A stretch of 64,000 nt of DNA from Eledone cirrhosa (lineage: Eukaryota). A program made the translations under genes and the position numbers. The DNA is taken from NCBI GenBank assembly GCA_964016885.1, contig OZ024745.1, forward strand, positions 93,558,001 to 93,622,000, read 5' to 3'. Numbering within the stretch: the first letter of the stretch is position 1; each line of letters begins with the position of its first letter. Shown piece after piece: positions 54,201 through 61,999 of this stretch. Below the pieces are notes generated by a model that worked only from the letters and a program-made list of their open reading frames with translations, was not told the DNA's origin and made no database searches.

Positions 54201-57200
54201 AAATACTCAATTATTATTTTTTTAGTTATTCAAAAACTATAAATGAAATCAATATATGGTGGAAGGGATTTAAATTTGGTATTGCTTGAAATATACCTTG
54301 ACCACTCTTGAACAATTATTGGTATTACTTAATAAACTTTGTAAACTTGATCAATGACAATAACTGAATCAATTGCCATATTTTTCCTGACATCTTTTTG
54401 TTTAATTTTCAAATATTCTCAAAATTTTAATGTGTGACACTTTGTCAATATAACACTATTTTTAATGTCATCAGTCACATTAACAAGACAAGAACATGAC
54501 ATCTATATTTTTATTATTTATTTGAAGAAAGGTTTTGACAATGTGGTAAGAAAATAAGATAGAAGTAATAGTTATGATTTCTTATATTGACATATAAATC
54601 TTTGGTGAGTAGTGATTATTATTGAATGGATTGACCCCAAAACAATCATTATCGTCATCATTTAATGTCCATTTTCCCTGCTAACAAAGGTTGGACATGT
54701 CATCATAAACTGAGTCAGTATTCAAGTAGAGCTACTGACCTCTCAGATGGGCTGGTAGCTTGCATTTCGTTTACTTACATTCCTGCACTCTATCAAGTGC
54801 TCAGACTGGCTAGGGGCCTGCATCTCACATATCTTCCCATGCTTTACTATGCGCATTTTATTGTGGCACCAGCACTAGGGAGGTTGTCATATTTTTAACA
54901 TAGCTGAAGAGTCCTCTTGATCCTAATTTGGTAGGAATTTCTTATAAGTTTATGGGGTTGAAGCTGAGTTGCTTATGGAACCTTGACTATAATTGAAATA
55001 ATACCACAATCACCTTGTTTTAATTCATTTTATTACAATCTCACAGGTACACAAATGAAGAAAAAATAGTGAACTTTATTTGAATTTATATTTGATTACC
55101 TCAATGTGTTTTCTTGAGGTGCCTCAACTACTATCAAGAATCTATTTATTTCAATTTTTCATGAAATACATATCTATTTTCATCACTTGACTTAAATATA
55201 TTTTCTATGTTTTAGATCTATCATACACATTACCTGGATTTTTCTATTTCAGACAATATTGATGATGCAAGCTATTTCATTGTAAAAAATATCTCAAATA
55301 ATGCTTCCATTGAAACTATAAAAGACGTTAATTTTGAAACAACAAAATCCTTAAAAATGGTGGTAATTGTCCAAAATTGTATTTCTGTTCACTATAATAC
55401 ATGTTCAAACAATCCATCATCTAATAAGCACAACAAACTGAGTGTAGAAGTTTTCATTAAGGATGTTGATGATAATCCACCAATATTTAAAGAAAAACAA
55501 TTTAATGAAGCTGTTGCATTTGATATTTCTACAAATGATCCAATAATTGATTTGGCAGTAAGTATATTTAAAAATTGATTATTTCAGATCGTTGTTTTTT
55601 CTTCTTTATATTGTCATCACTATATAGCAAGAGCCCACTGGATACTATCTCCTAGAAATAGTGGACACTTTCTGTTGCCTGGGGAATAGAATCAGCAGTG
55701 GAAGAGGGTGTTCTGAAGGTACAGTATCTGGAATTGGAATGGGATGAAAAAGGTTCAGAGAGCTAATACCGCTTTTGGCCATAAAGAGTTTGTCTCTAAA
55801 AATGAAGGGCAGATTGTATGATGCTTCTATGCTAGCGGCAGTGTTGCATAGTAATGAGGCCTGGGCGTTGTGTGCAGAGGTCATGTGTGGATTGGAAGGA
55901 AGTGGAGCTTGCATGCTCCAATGAATGTGTAATGGTGATGTACGCAAGCGGCAAAGCATAAATGAATTGAGAGAGAGACTAAGCATAAGAGGTACCAAAT
56001 GTTGTGTTCGGGGGAGGAGATTGCGTTGGTGTGGACATGTGATGCATACGAGGGACGGCAGTTATGTGGGAAGGTGCAGAGTGATCAAAATTGATGGAAG
56101 CTACGGAGTTGGTAGACCAAGAAAAACCTGGGATAAGGTGATAAAAACCGACCTTACTCACTTACACCTCTCTAAGACAATGTCACTGGATCGAGATCTT
56201 TGGCGCTATGCAGTTATAATGTACTGGGATCGATTTAATTGACTTTCCCTTCCCCAAAATTGCTGGCCTTGTGTCTATAGTAGAAATCATTATTATTATT
56301 GTTCCTGTTCACGTTTCTCATGCTATGATTATGTTGTTGTTGTTGTTGTTGTTAGGGTTAGGGACCAATAAAATAAAGTACTAGGTAAGTGCTAGGGTTG
56401 ATATAATTGACTTAACCCTTTCCTTCATATGGATGACCTTGCCTAGAGAGAGTTATTGCAGTGGATTGGCAGAATTGGTAGAGCGTCAGACACCATGCTT
56501 TGATGCATAGTTATGGCTCTTTACATTCTGAGTTCAAATCCCATCAAGGTTAACTTTGCTTTCATCCTTACGGAGTCAATAAAATAAAGTACCAGTAATG
56601 CACTGGGGTAATTGCTGGCCTTGTGCCATAAGTAGAAACAATTATTATATTTGTTATTGTTTACTAAAGATGTCTATCCCTTCACCTCATTAAGTTAACA
56701 CATTTTACACATTGCTATCGAATATTGTGAAAAAAGTTATTTACAATGTTTCACAAAGCGGGGTGGGAGACTAAAATGTTGGCTCTTTGGGGCAAATTTT
56801 CAAAGAAGTATTTTGAATTTTTTTTTTTTTTTTTTTTGAGAACATGGCTTTTGGCATCTATTACAAACTTGATCCACTAGTAGTGCCAAGTCATCAGCAT
56901 AGTCAGCATCTGTGATGGTCACAATTGGAAAACATCTTCTTCTGGCTGGCTGAAGAATGAATCCTTTTGTCTTTCATCTGATCTACACATAAGAAAAGAA
57001 ACAGGCAATCATATATATACTAAGCAAGAACTGAAAGAAAGTGAAATTACTACTAATGAAAAATATTACACAGAGGAACAAAACTGTTCTGTAGTCTTTG
57101 TATTCTTGTGTATCAAAGTACACAGCCCCACACCTAACAAGATAAAAACACAATGTGACAAATCTACCAAAATCAATATCGAAGTAAAACTGACTGAAGC

Positions 57201-60200
57201 AATAAAGAAAATAGCAGGGAATACTACAACATCAATAATCAACAGCGTAAATTACAGAGGAATAAAAACAGATCCATGAAAGAATGTATAAATATAATAG
57301 AGTTCTATGTAGGGTCCAAGGTTTATCTAAGATGTCAATGGCTCTGATGAAGTACAGACTACTTCTGCTGCTGCTGCTGTAATTCAGTGGAATTGATTCA
57401 GTTTGCTTGACTCCTCCTTTGCTACAAAATTTGACAGTTTGCTTACTCAAAAAAGAAAATCATCTTTTATTTTTACTAGCAGAAAAACCACCCTTCGGGT
57501 GGTTTTCTAGTAGTATGTGTAGTGTACATATTCATATTATACGCAAGTATATATGCATGTAGATATGATACATCAAATAAAATTGCAATTGACAATATAC
57601 ACAGAAATTGAACGAAGACTGCATTACATTGTCTTATGTAATCAGTAACGTAATCCATGATACATTAAAAAGACGATATTATATATAAACTGCATTAGGA
57701 GAAAATTTGTGGCGGAAATATATGAATGTTTATTTAAGCGATCGCTAACCGGAAGTGTTGACATTTGAAAATTTTAAAGAAGTGAATCTTAAAATAAGCA
57801 ACAAAATTATTTATATTTAATCAAGAATAACGAAATTTAGTAGATAAATTATAACTTTGCCTTTCATCCTTACGGGGTCGATAAAATAAAGTACCAGTAA
57901 TGCACTGGGTAATTGCTGGCCTTGTGCCTAAAGTAGAAACAATTATTTATTCAAAATAAAAAAATATATTCTGGTCGCAGTCCCGCACTCCTTACTTTAT
58001 TATAGTTTAGATAAGTGCTTCTGTTGTTATTTATTTATGTATTTATTTGTTAAATTTTAAAATTATTTTATATTGTAATTTTTTTCTTAGATTTATGTGG
58101 AAGATGCTGATGTTGACCTAGTGAATAAACAACATAAATTTTCCATCGAATCTTTCAAGAAGTTTGGTAATGATGAACTGCAACAATTGAAAAATCCCTT
58201 TAAAATGAAAAATAGCAGTGTTTATCGAGGAGCAGAATTTGATTCAGCTGTTAGTGGATATATTGAAATGACTGTTAAAGTTTACGATAGCAATGGCAAG
58301 AATGATGCAGCTTCTCTAAAAGTAGGTAACACCTTCATAATTTAATTATTTTTTTACCATTTTCTATTAATATAATATAGAGACTGAGCATTTGATGATG
58401 CCTCTATTTGGTTACTCAACCTGCAAGAAATAGCAGTCAAATCTACCTCAAATCATACTCTTACTGTCATAAAAGGATACATTGGATAATGTACTTTGAG
58501 GTATACTATGCTTTGAAAGAAATATGGGATGGTCATAAATGGATTGTCTTCAATCATCATATGTCTGATCTGGGACTTAACAACTTTGAGGCAACTGTTG
58601 GTCCCTTTCTCTAAGAATATATAGAAACGTATCCTGTTGCACTCGTGCTCAATTCACAGTGAAACCTTTTAACTGCACTTTATTATCCAAGCTAATTTAT
58701 AAATGTTACATAAAAAGTCCTTGTAAGGGCCCCAATTTAGAACACTTTGTTGTCATTATTTATTACCATTTTTTAAACAAAAGTTTTGTGACTATTATGT
58801 GCAAATGTTAATTTCTGCTTCAAGTGTAGCAAATTGATACTTTAAACTGCTGTGGAAGGGCAACAATATCACTTAAACTGCTGTGGAAGGGCAACAATAT
58901 CACTTAAACTGCTGTGGAAGGGCAACAATATCACTTAATCTGCTGTGGAAGGGCAACAATATCACTTAATCTGCTGTGGAAGGGCAACAATATCACTTAA
59001 ACTGCTGTGGAAGGGCAACAATATCACTTAATCTGCTGTGGAAGGGCAACAATATCACTTAATCTGCTGTGGAAGGGCAACAATATCACTTAAACTGCTG
59101 TGGAAGGGCAACAATATCACTTAAACTGCTGTGGAAGGGCAACAATATCACTTAATCTGCTGTGGAAGGGCAACAATATCACTTAATCTGCTGTGGAAAG
59201 GCAACAATATCACTTAATCTGCTGTGGAAGGGCAACAATATCACTTAATCTGCTGTGGAAGGGCAACAATATCACTTAATCTGCTGTGGAAGGGCAACAA
59301 TATCACTTAATCTGCTGTGGAAGGGCAACAATATCACTTAAACTGCTGTGGAAGGGCAACAATATCACTTAATCTGCTGTGGAAGGGCAACAATATCACT
59401 TAAACTGCTGTGGAAGGGCAACAATATCACTTAAACTGCTGTGGAAGGGCAACAATATCACTTAAACTGCTGTGGAAGGGCAACAATATCACTTAATCTG
59501 CTGTGGAAGGGCAACAATATCACTTAATCTGCTGTGGAAGGGCAACAATATCACTTAATCTGCTGTGGAAGGGCAACAATATCACTTAATCTGCTGTGGA
59601 AGGGCAACAATATCACTTAATCTGCTGTGGAAGGGCAACAATATCACTTAATCTGCTGTGGAAGGGCAACAATATCACTTAAACTGCTGTGGAAGGGCAA
59701 CAATATCATATTCATTTTGAAATTGTACTTCACAGAAAACATCCCTTTTATATGTAAATACAATATATTGGGTAGGCAAACTATGGCCCGCGGACCAAAT
59801 GTGGCCCACCAAAGAGTTTTGCGTGGCCCGTGGAAGCATTTGGTGAATTAATAAAAATCAACAAATTAAAAGGAAACTTTGTTTTAAGATTTTTGTATTT
59901 AATCATTTTATTAATTATGTATTCTAATGATGCAGTTATATTTTATATTTTCTAAATTCTAACTGAAGAAAAGTAAGGTTACTGGCACATTATATCCAAC
60001 AATAAATGGTGCGGCCCTCTGGTGTTCAAGATCCAGTCAATGTGGCCCCCAATCCAAATAGTTTGCCCATCTCTGCAATATATCATCGTCATTATTGTCA
60101 TCATCATCATCTTCATCAGCATCTGTTAGACTTCCACTACCCAATGATATTTATTTACCCAACCTTATTAACTGCATAATACTGCCCATGTCTGATATTA

Positions 60201-61062
60201 GCCCAGATAATGTTAATGGGGATTTCTAGCTGCCTAGGTGTGATGTTGTTAAACTTTCTGTATAGTGTGCTAAAGCAGAGGTGTTTGAGTCCCAGTTACG
60301 TATAAGGGTTCTGGTCAGTGATGCAGAATTTTCTCTTTCCATTGAATGGAAAATATATAAAATTTTTTGAATGCAGGTTTCTTAGTGTAGTGACCTAGGA
60401 TTGACAGAGGAGGAAGAATGCTTCTGTAAAATCTTGAAGATAGTGTTTGAGTCTATTTAGTTTAGCATTAAGCTTATAGTTGGTGGTGGGGAGATTGATG
60501 GAGTGGGTTGTCAGGGTGGAATATGGGGAAAGAGCTAAATTTAGTACTGGCAGAGCTACCGGGAAAACAGACATTAAATGATGAAAAACATGGGCGGAGG
60601 TGGTGCGAGTTGACCTCAGGTTGCTCAAGCTCACAGAGGAGATGACGAGGGACCGTGACAAATGGAGAGATGGTATGCTGAAGAGGTCCCATCCCACCCT
60701 TGCAAGCAGGGAAAAGCAGAAATATGATGATGATGATATATATATATAAGTAGTAGAGATGCAAATGAGCTGATTGGCAGTGAAACATATGTAATATGAT
60801 ACAATACTGATTCTTTGTTCCCATTTATTATTATTATTGTTATTTTTATTTTCTTTCATTATTGTTTCTGAGATATGTGCCGAGTATCTTCCTGACACCT
60901 AGGGCAAATAAATTCACAGTGTGCATTGGTAAGCCAGTTAATACAGCACATTGATTATAAAAAAAAAACAGTATACATATATACACATGTGCATATGCAT
61001 ATGTAAATACAAGGAGGGATATCAATCTTACAGAGATAGTGCTCTTCTCAATACGTTATTAT

Positions 61063-61111
<49 letters not shown>

Positions 61112-61322
61112 TATAAAGTATTATAACAGATCTTTTCTTTAAATGTTGACTCATTTTTTTGTTAAATGCTTTTATTTTCCTATCTTTAATTTTAATATTT
61201 TATGTAATTTATATATTTATTTATTTTTTATAGGTCCATATCATATCTGTAACTGATAATGTTAGAATTGTGTTCGGCAAGTCAATTGAATCAGTTCGGA
61301 CCTCAAAATTGGATTTTCTACG
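1424..61322 (+). CDS. Partial multi-exon non-classical cadherin gene (CDH23/Cad87A/CDHR2-like); 19 exons, about 12 EC repeats plus start of membrane-adjacent domain
   Basis: 19 exons with polypyrimidine-AG acceptors and GT donors join in frame (3941 nt). Recurrent LDRE/LDYE, AxDxD and DxNDNxP motifs. The last exon reads [14 protein letters not shown], resembling the post-EC segment of CDH23/Cad87A-type proteins. Orthology is not determined. Confidence 0.93.
2010..2134. repeat. CATG-rich and (CA)n microsatellite
   Basis: Directly visible; source of the spurious ORFs at 1941-2202. Confidence 0.95.
2521..2705 (+). mobile_element. tRNA-derived SINE (family A)
   Basis: B-box gagttcaaatc; core gcctttcat...ggggtcgataaaataaagtaccag; (ATT)n tail; TSD attattattctg at 2509-2520 and 2706-2717. 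Confidence 0.85.
2886..3007 (+). CDS. cadherin exon 2 ([13 protein letters not shown]...LDRENQ...CTVEIM)
   Basis: ttcag/gtattt; LDRE motif; phase 1 to 0. Confidence 0.9.
3150..3490 (-). mobile_element. RTE-clade LINE fragment
   Basis: Reverse complement matches the RT region of the 43-45 kb element (QGSVLS..LFIIV, PWELL, LKVNL). Confidence 0.65.
3832..4020 (+). CDS. cadherin exon 3 (AYELA...EDVNDNKP...VRDNDT)
   Basis: tgtag/gtaagg; DVNDN linker; 189 nt, phase 0-0; absent from ORF track. Confidence 0.93.
4694..5800 (+). mobile_element. 5'-truncated non-LTR retrotransposon, I-group (Ingi/Vingi-like), with stops and a frameshift
   Basis: [37 protein letters not shown]-terminal CECG...H...C knuckle, (GAA)n tail; clade is my recollection of family motifs. 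Confidence 0.8.
5802..6011 (+). mobile_element. piggyBac-type MITE, left end missing
   Basis: Body matches the copy at 26251-26438. Confidence 0.75.
7812..8520 (+). mobile_element. RTE-clade LINE 3' fragment
   Basis: [45 protein letters not shown]. Confidence 0.8.
9326..9490 (+). CDS. cadherin exon 4 (VEFSKF...[12 protein letters not shown])
   Basis: tttag/gtaagc; LDYE; 165 nt, phase 0-0. Confidence 0.9.
9590..9950 (-). mobile_element. Degraded RTE-like LINE 3' fragment
   Basis: Minus-strand remnants HNSLSKT and [14 protein letters not shown]. Confidence 0.45.
10771..10926 (+). CDS. cadherin exon 5 (IVATDTD...[11 protein letters not shown]...IIIN)
   Basis: ttccag/gtaagt; 156 nt, phase 0-0. 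Confidence 0.9.
11522..11711 (-). mobile_element. tRNA-derived SINE (family A) with 18-bp TSD
   Basis: TSD gtttcgaataagaataat at 11504-11521 and 11712-11729. Confidence 0.9.
12000..12620 (-). mobile_element. Degraded RTE LINE 3' fragment
   Basis: Reverse complement resembles the RTE C-terminus (FYYLGNL, GRSL.KMVKED). Confidence 0.5.
12645..12744. repeat. 37-bp inverted repeat, each arm carrying a CTGATGA-stem-GAAA hammerhead-like core
   Basis: Arms 12645-12681 and 12708-12744 with 2 mismatches; flanking direct repeat gattcatggaaa. Confidence 0.8.
12788..12849 (+). CDS. cadherin exon 6 ([20 protein letters not shown])
   Basis: ttttag/gtaagt; ATDxDxG motif; phase 0 to 2. Confidence 0.9.
14247..14359. 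repeat. 51-bp-arm fold-back hairpin
   Basis: Arms are reverse complements with 4 differences; 11-nt loop. Confidence 0.9.
14640..16055 (-). mobile_element. 5'-truncated CRE-like non-LTR retrotransposon with restriction-like endonuclease
   Basis: [11 protein letters not shown]; CRCG...GLHSLSC knuckle; RPDNLTL...WDVT...KY...PVAFETFG...ISL; AT-rich 3' UTR; several frameshifts. Confidence 0.85.
16131..16365 (+). CDS. cadherin exon 7 (FKINNSTG...LDYEK...DVNDNIP...VIVT)
   Basis: aacag/gtaagt; phase 2 to 0, matches exon 6. Confidence 0.93.
17150..17380 (+). CDS. cadherin exon 8 (ATDADKP...VNITVL)
   Basis: ttcag/gtaagt; 231 nt, phase 0-0. Confidence 0.92.
17530..17912 (+). mobile_element. RTE LINE 3' end
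   Basis: RTE C-terminal remnants and tail aacccatgcaagcatggaaaag...(GAT)n. Confidence 0.6.
18335..18750 (-). mobile_element. CR1-clade LINE 3' end
   Basis: NTRGHANK...[14 protein letters not shown]; same family as 38870-39330. Confidence 0.8.
19380..20576 (-). pseudogene. Gypsy RNase H C-terminus and integrase
   Basis: NRADVLT; LHNMHHMG...CVRC; VDVTH...MDNS...VERHHRT. Confidence 0.9.
20788..22134 (-). pseudogene. Gypsy protease and reverse transcriptase
   Basis: [37 protein letters not shown]; protease active-site Asp missing. Confidence 0.9.
22169..22650 (-). pseudogene. Gypsy gag, N-terminus deleted
   Basis: [13 protein letters not shown] and [14 protein letters not shown] knuckles. Confidence 0.85.
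23137..23745 (+). repeat. About 505-bp unit followed by a about 100-bp repeat of its start (Penelope pseudo-LTR-like)
   Basis: aatgaaatatctatga...cactgatgagggac...ccccattttatt at about 23137 and 23642. Confidence 0.75.
24120..25340. repeat. (AC)n and (TA/CA)n low-complexity tracts
   Basis: Directly visible; source of many spurious ORFs. Confidence 0.9.
25530..25740 (-). mobile_element. Penelope-like GIY-YIG endonuclease remnant with internal deletion
   Basis: Minus-strand translation [30 protein letters not shown], then [10 protein letters not shown]. Confidence 0.7.
25988..26060 (+). CDS. cadherin exon 9 (DVNDNSPKF...KENATT)
   Basis: tttttag/gtttgt; DVNDN; phase 0 to 1. Confidence 0.92.
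26251..26438 (+). mobile_element. piggyBac-type MITE
   Basis: TIR ccctttagcattta / taaatgctaaaggg flanked by TTAA on both sides. Confidence 0.9.
26556..26900 (-). mobile_element. RTE 3' tail / SINE family B copy
   Basis: (CAT)n, ctggatgccctttctaacaccaacc, 48-bp unit. Confidence 0.8.
26930..28040 (+). mobile_element. Degraded RTE LINE interrupted by a MITE
   Basis: [32 protein letters not shown]. Confidence 0.75.
27497..27713 (-). mobile_element. piggyBac-type MITE inserted in RTE
   Basis: TTAA at 27493-27496 and 27714-27717; TIRs present. Confidence 0.9.
28672..28975 (+). mobile_element. CR1 3' end with an inverted copy of its terminus at the 5' side
   Basis: AWNKLPA..VVSC and (ATT)n tail; 28674-28717 is the reverse complement of the family terminus. 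Confidence 0.7.
29213..29646 (+). CDS. cadherin exon 10 ([13 protein letters not shown]...LDREK...DVNDVVP...KSSV)
   Basis: tttcag/gtaaga; phase 1 to 0. Confidence 0.93.
31543..32012 (+). mobile_element. 5'-truncated RTE (C-terminal codons plus 3' UTR)
   Basis: [20 protein letters not shown] followed by the tail and (GAT)n. Confidence 0.85.
32205..33325 (+). repeat. 48-bp minisatellite, about 23 units, inside an RTE-tail copy (32090-33477)
   Basis: Unit cacccagcccacactgtaaagtggtcatgtaggagacacaacaaaaag. Confidence 0.97.
34105..35472 (-). repeat. 48-bp minisatellite, about 25 units plus degenerate ones, inside an inverted RTE-tail copy (33944-35472)
   Basis: + strand unit gtctgggtgctttttgtcatgacaccttcacaaccactatacagtgta. 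Confidence 0.97.
35822..35960 (+). CDS. cadherin exon 11 ([10 protein letters not shown]...LDREK...KTAK)
   Basis: tttcag/gtaggg; phase 0 to 1. Confidence 0.9.
36600..36960 (+). mobile_element. CRE-like element 3' remnant (family 2)
   Basis: [20 protein letters not shown]; homologous to 48100-48596. Confidence 0.6.
37415..37620 (+). mobile_element. piggyBac-type MITE
   Basis: TTAA-CCCTTTAGCATTTA ... TAAATACTAAAGGG-TTAA. Confidence 0.9.
37854..38070 (+). mobile_element. piggyBac-type MITE with decayed ends
   Basis: Same body as neighbouring copies. Confidence 0.8.
38865..39330 (-). mobile_element. CR1-clade LINE 3' end
   Basis: [10 protein letters not shown]...NTRGHAYKI...[10 protein letters not shown]; (ATT)n tail. 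Confidence 0.85.
39604..39712 (-). mobile_element. SINE family A 3' half
   Basis: Matches 11522-11620. Confidence 0.8.
39764..39982 (+). CDS. cadherin exon 12 ([15 protein letters not shown]...ATDND...ITIK)
   Basis: poly-T-ag/gtatat; phase 1-1. Confidence 0.9.
40129..40330 (+). mobile_element. piggyBac-type MITE
   Basis: TTAA at 40125-40128 and 40331-40334. Confidence 0.9.
40432..40830 (+). mobile_element. CRE-like element 3' end, same family as 14640-16055
   Basis: [10 protein letters not shown]...[21 protein letters not shown] plus matching 3' UTR. Confidence 0.8.
41765..42078 (+). CDS. cadherin exon 13 ([13 protein letters not shown]...DINDNAP...GEIT)
   Basis: tttcag/gtgagt; phase 1 to 0. 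Confidence 0.93.
43038..45457 (+). mobile_element. RTE-clade LINE, 5'-truncated, with internal deletions and intact 3' UTR
   Basis: [44 protein letters not shown], Cys-rich insert WPCSVCKK...C..WIHKR, FCYLGD; UTR with 48-bp units and (GAT)n. Confidence 0.92.
45844..46359 (+). CDS. cadherin exon 14 ([13 protein letters not shown]...DVNDNHP...DVNNNYP...IPE)
   Basis: tttcag/gtaagt; 516 nt, phase 0-0. Confidence 0.94.
46805..47325 (+). mobile_element. RTE LINE fragment (different subfamily)
   Basis: [27 protein letters not shown]...[15 protein letters not shown]...FRCKRC. Confidence 0.8.
48100..48596 (-). mobile_element. CRE-like element 3' remnant (family 2)
   Basis: Minus strand: AEDRMTNKY...APVTVKTS...[18 protein letters not shown]. 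Confidence 0.6.
49184..49364 (-). mobile_element. SINE family A nested in an older + strand SINE remnant
   Basis: Matches 11522-11711; flanks join into a decayed SINE core. Confidence 0.85.
49631..49810 (+). CDS. cadherin exon 15 (STCAG...TDKDFG...[10 protein letters not shown])
   Basis: tttcag/gtaaga; 180 nt, phase 0-0. Confidence 0.92.
49982..50195 (+). mobile_element. RTE 3' tail / SINE family B copy
   Basis: ggaagggcatccagccatagaaa...aacccatgctagcatggaaga. Confidence 0.8.
50719..50905 (+). mobile_element. SINE family A with 13-bp TSD
   Basis: TSD ttattaacaagaa at 50706-50718 and 50906-50918. Confidence 0.9.
51700..53110 (-). mobile_element. Degraded R4/Dong-like non-LTR retrotransposon
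   Basis: Minus-strand remnants HIISSCPK...[27 protein letters not shown]. Confidence 0.55.
52388..52495 (+). mobile_element. mariner-like terminal fragment
   Basis: ta-tgagggtgggctgaaaagtt resembles mariner TIRs; no second end found. Confidence 0.35.
53194..53395 (+). CDS. cadherin exon 16 ([14 protein letters not shown]...NINDEPP...LCYTI)
   Basis: ttctag/gtgagt; phase 0 to 1; absent from ORF track. Confidence 0.92.
55253..55557 (+). CDS. cadherin exon 17 (DNIDDASYF...KDVDDNPP...IDLA)
   Basis: tttcag/gtaagt; phase 1 to 0. Confidence 0.9.
55645..56217 (+). mobile_element. RTE LINE 3' coding fragment
   Basis: Homologous to 44590-45098; [16 protein letters not shown]. Confidence 0.85.
56462..56648 (+). 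mobile_element. SINE family A
   Basis: A/B-box head, core and (ATT) tail. Confidence 0.85.
57476..58011 (-). mobile_element. Non-autonomous Helitron carrying a SINE 3' half (57852-57947)
   Basis: Minus strand begins A|TCTAAACTATAATAAAG and ends with hairpin ccacccgaagggtgg followed by CTAG|T; no TSD. Confidence 0.75.
58091..58321 (+). CDS. cadherin exon 18 (IYVEDAD...AASLK), last EC repeat
   Basis: tcttag/gtaggt; 231 nt, phase 0-0. Confidence 0.88.
58842..59708. repeat. 31-bp minisatellite, 28 units
   Basis: Unit ttaa(a/t)ctgctgtggaagggcaacaatatcac, contiguous, no spacers. Confidence 0.97.
59769..60075. mobile_element. hAT-type MITE
   Basis: Ends gggtaggcaaact / agtttgcccatctctg; subterminal ggccc motifs; 8-bp TSD caatatat at 59761-59768 and 60076-60083. 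Confidence 0.75.
61234..61322 (+). CDS. cadherin exon 19 ([29 protein letters not shown]), start of membrane-adjacent domain
   Basis: ttatag/gtaaag; open in phase 0; ends phase 2; gene continues beyond window. Confidence 0.8.
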
Positions 61323-61363
61323 GTAAAGACACTAATGTTTTGCTTTTATAACACGCACATACA

Positions 61364-61424
<61 letters not shown>

Positions 61425-61458
<34 letters not shown>

Positions 61459-61835
61459 GTTTAACGTCCATCTTCCACGCTTGCATGGGTTTGGACGGGA
61501 GTTTTCCCACTTGAGGCAAGATTGGTTTTCCTGCTCGTATGGGACTGTCTGGCGGGTTTTCTACGGCTGGATGCCCTTCCTAACACCAACCACGTTTACA
61601 GTGTGCGGCTGGGAGGTTTTTACCGTGTTGCCTACACGGCCACATTACAGCGTGGACTGTGTGTTTTTTTGTTGTGACACCTACACGTCTGGCGGGTTTT
61701 CTAAGGCTGGGTGCCCTTCCTAACACCAACCACGTTTACAGTGTGTACTGGGAGGTTTTTACCGTGTTACCTACACGGCCACATTACAGCGTGGACTGTG
61801 TGTTTTTTTGTCGTGAAACCTACACGACCTCATTT
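61425..61835 (-). mobile_element. RTE tail copy with about 140-bp internal tandem duplication
   Basis: gtctggcgggttttcta...acctacacg present twice; closely matches 31770-32012. Confidence 0.85.
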
Positions 61836-61999
61836 GTTGGTTATTTACCGACACCTCAGTATGCAGGTTGGTTTGTTTACTTCAGAGTAATGTAAAATAA
61901 GTAGGTTAAACATGTAAAATTGGCTTCGTTTATTATAAATTATAATTTATATATATATATATATATGATGATGATATATATGTAAATATATATATATGT

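Noticed and set aside
57483-57508. Bacterial intrinsic terminator (cUUCGg hairpin plus T run)
   Set aside because: Better explained as the Helitron 3' hairpin next to CTAG; no prokaryotic sequence nearby.
58322-58331. Alternative splice sites (tandem donor gtaggtaac after exon 18; upstream AG at 55215 before exon 17)
   Set aside because: Both would shift the frame and there is no transcript evidence.
58842-59708. CRISPR array (31-bp repeats)
   Set aside because: Units are contiguous with no unique spacers, there are no cas genes, and the context is a eukaryotic intron.
1424-61322. Clustered-protocadherin or Dscam-like alternative exon system
   Set aside because: Exons are all different and form one continuous frame; no duplicated mutually exclusive exons, and there are more than the 6-7 EC repeats of protocadherins.
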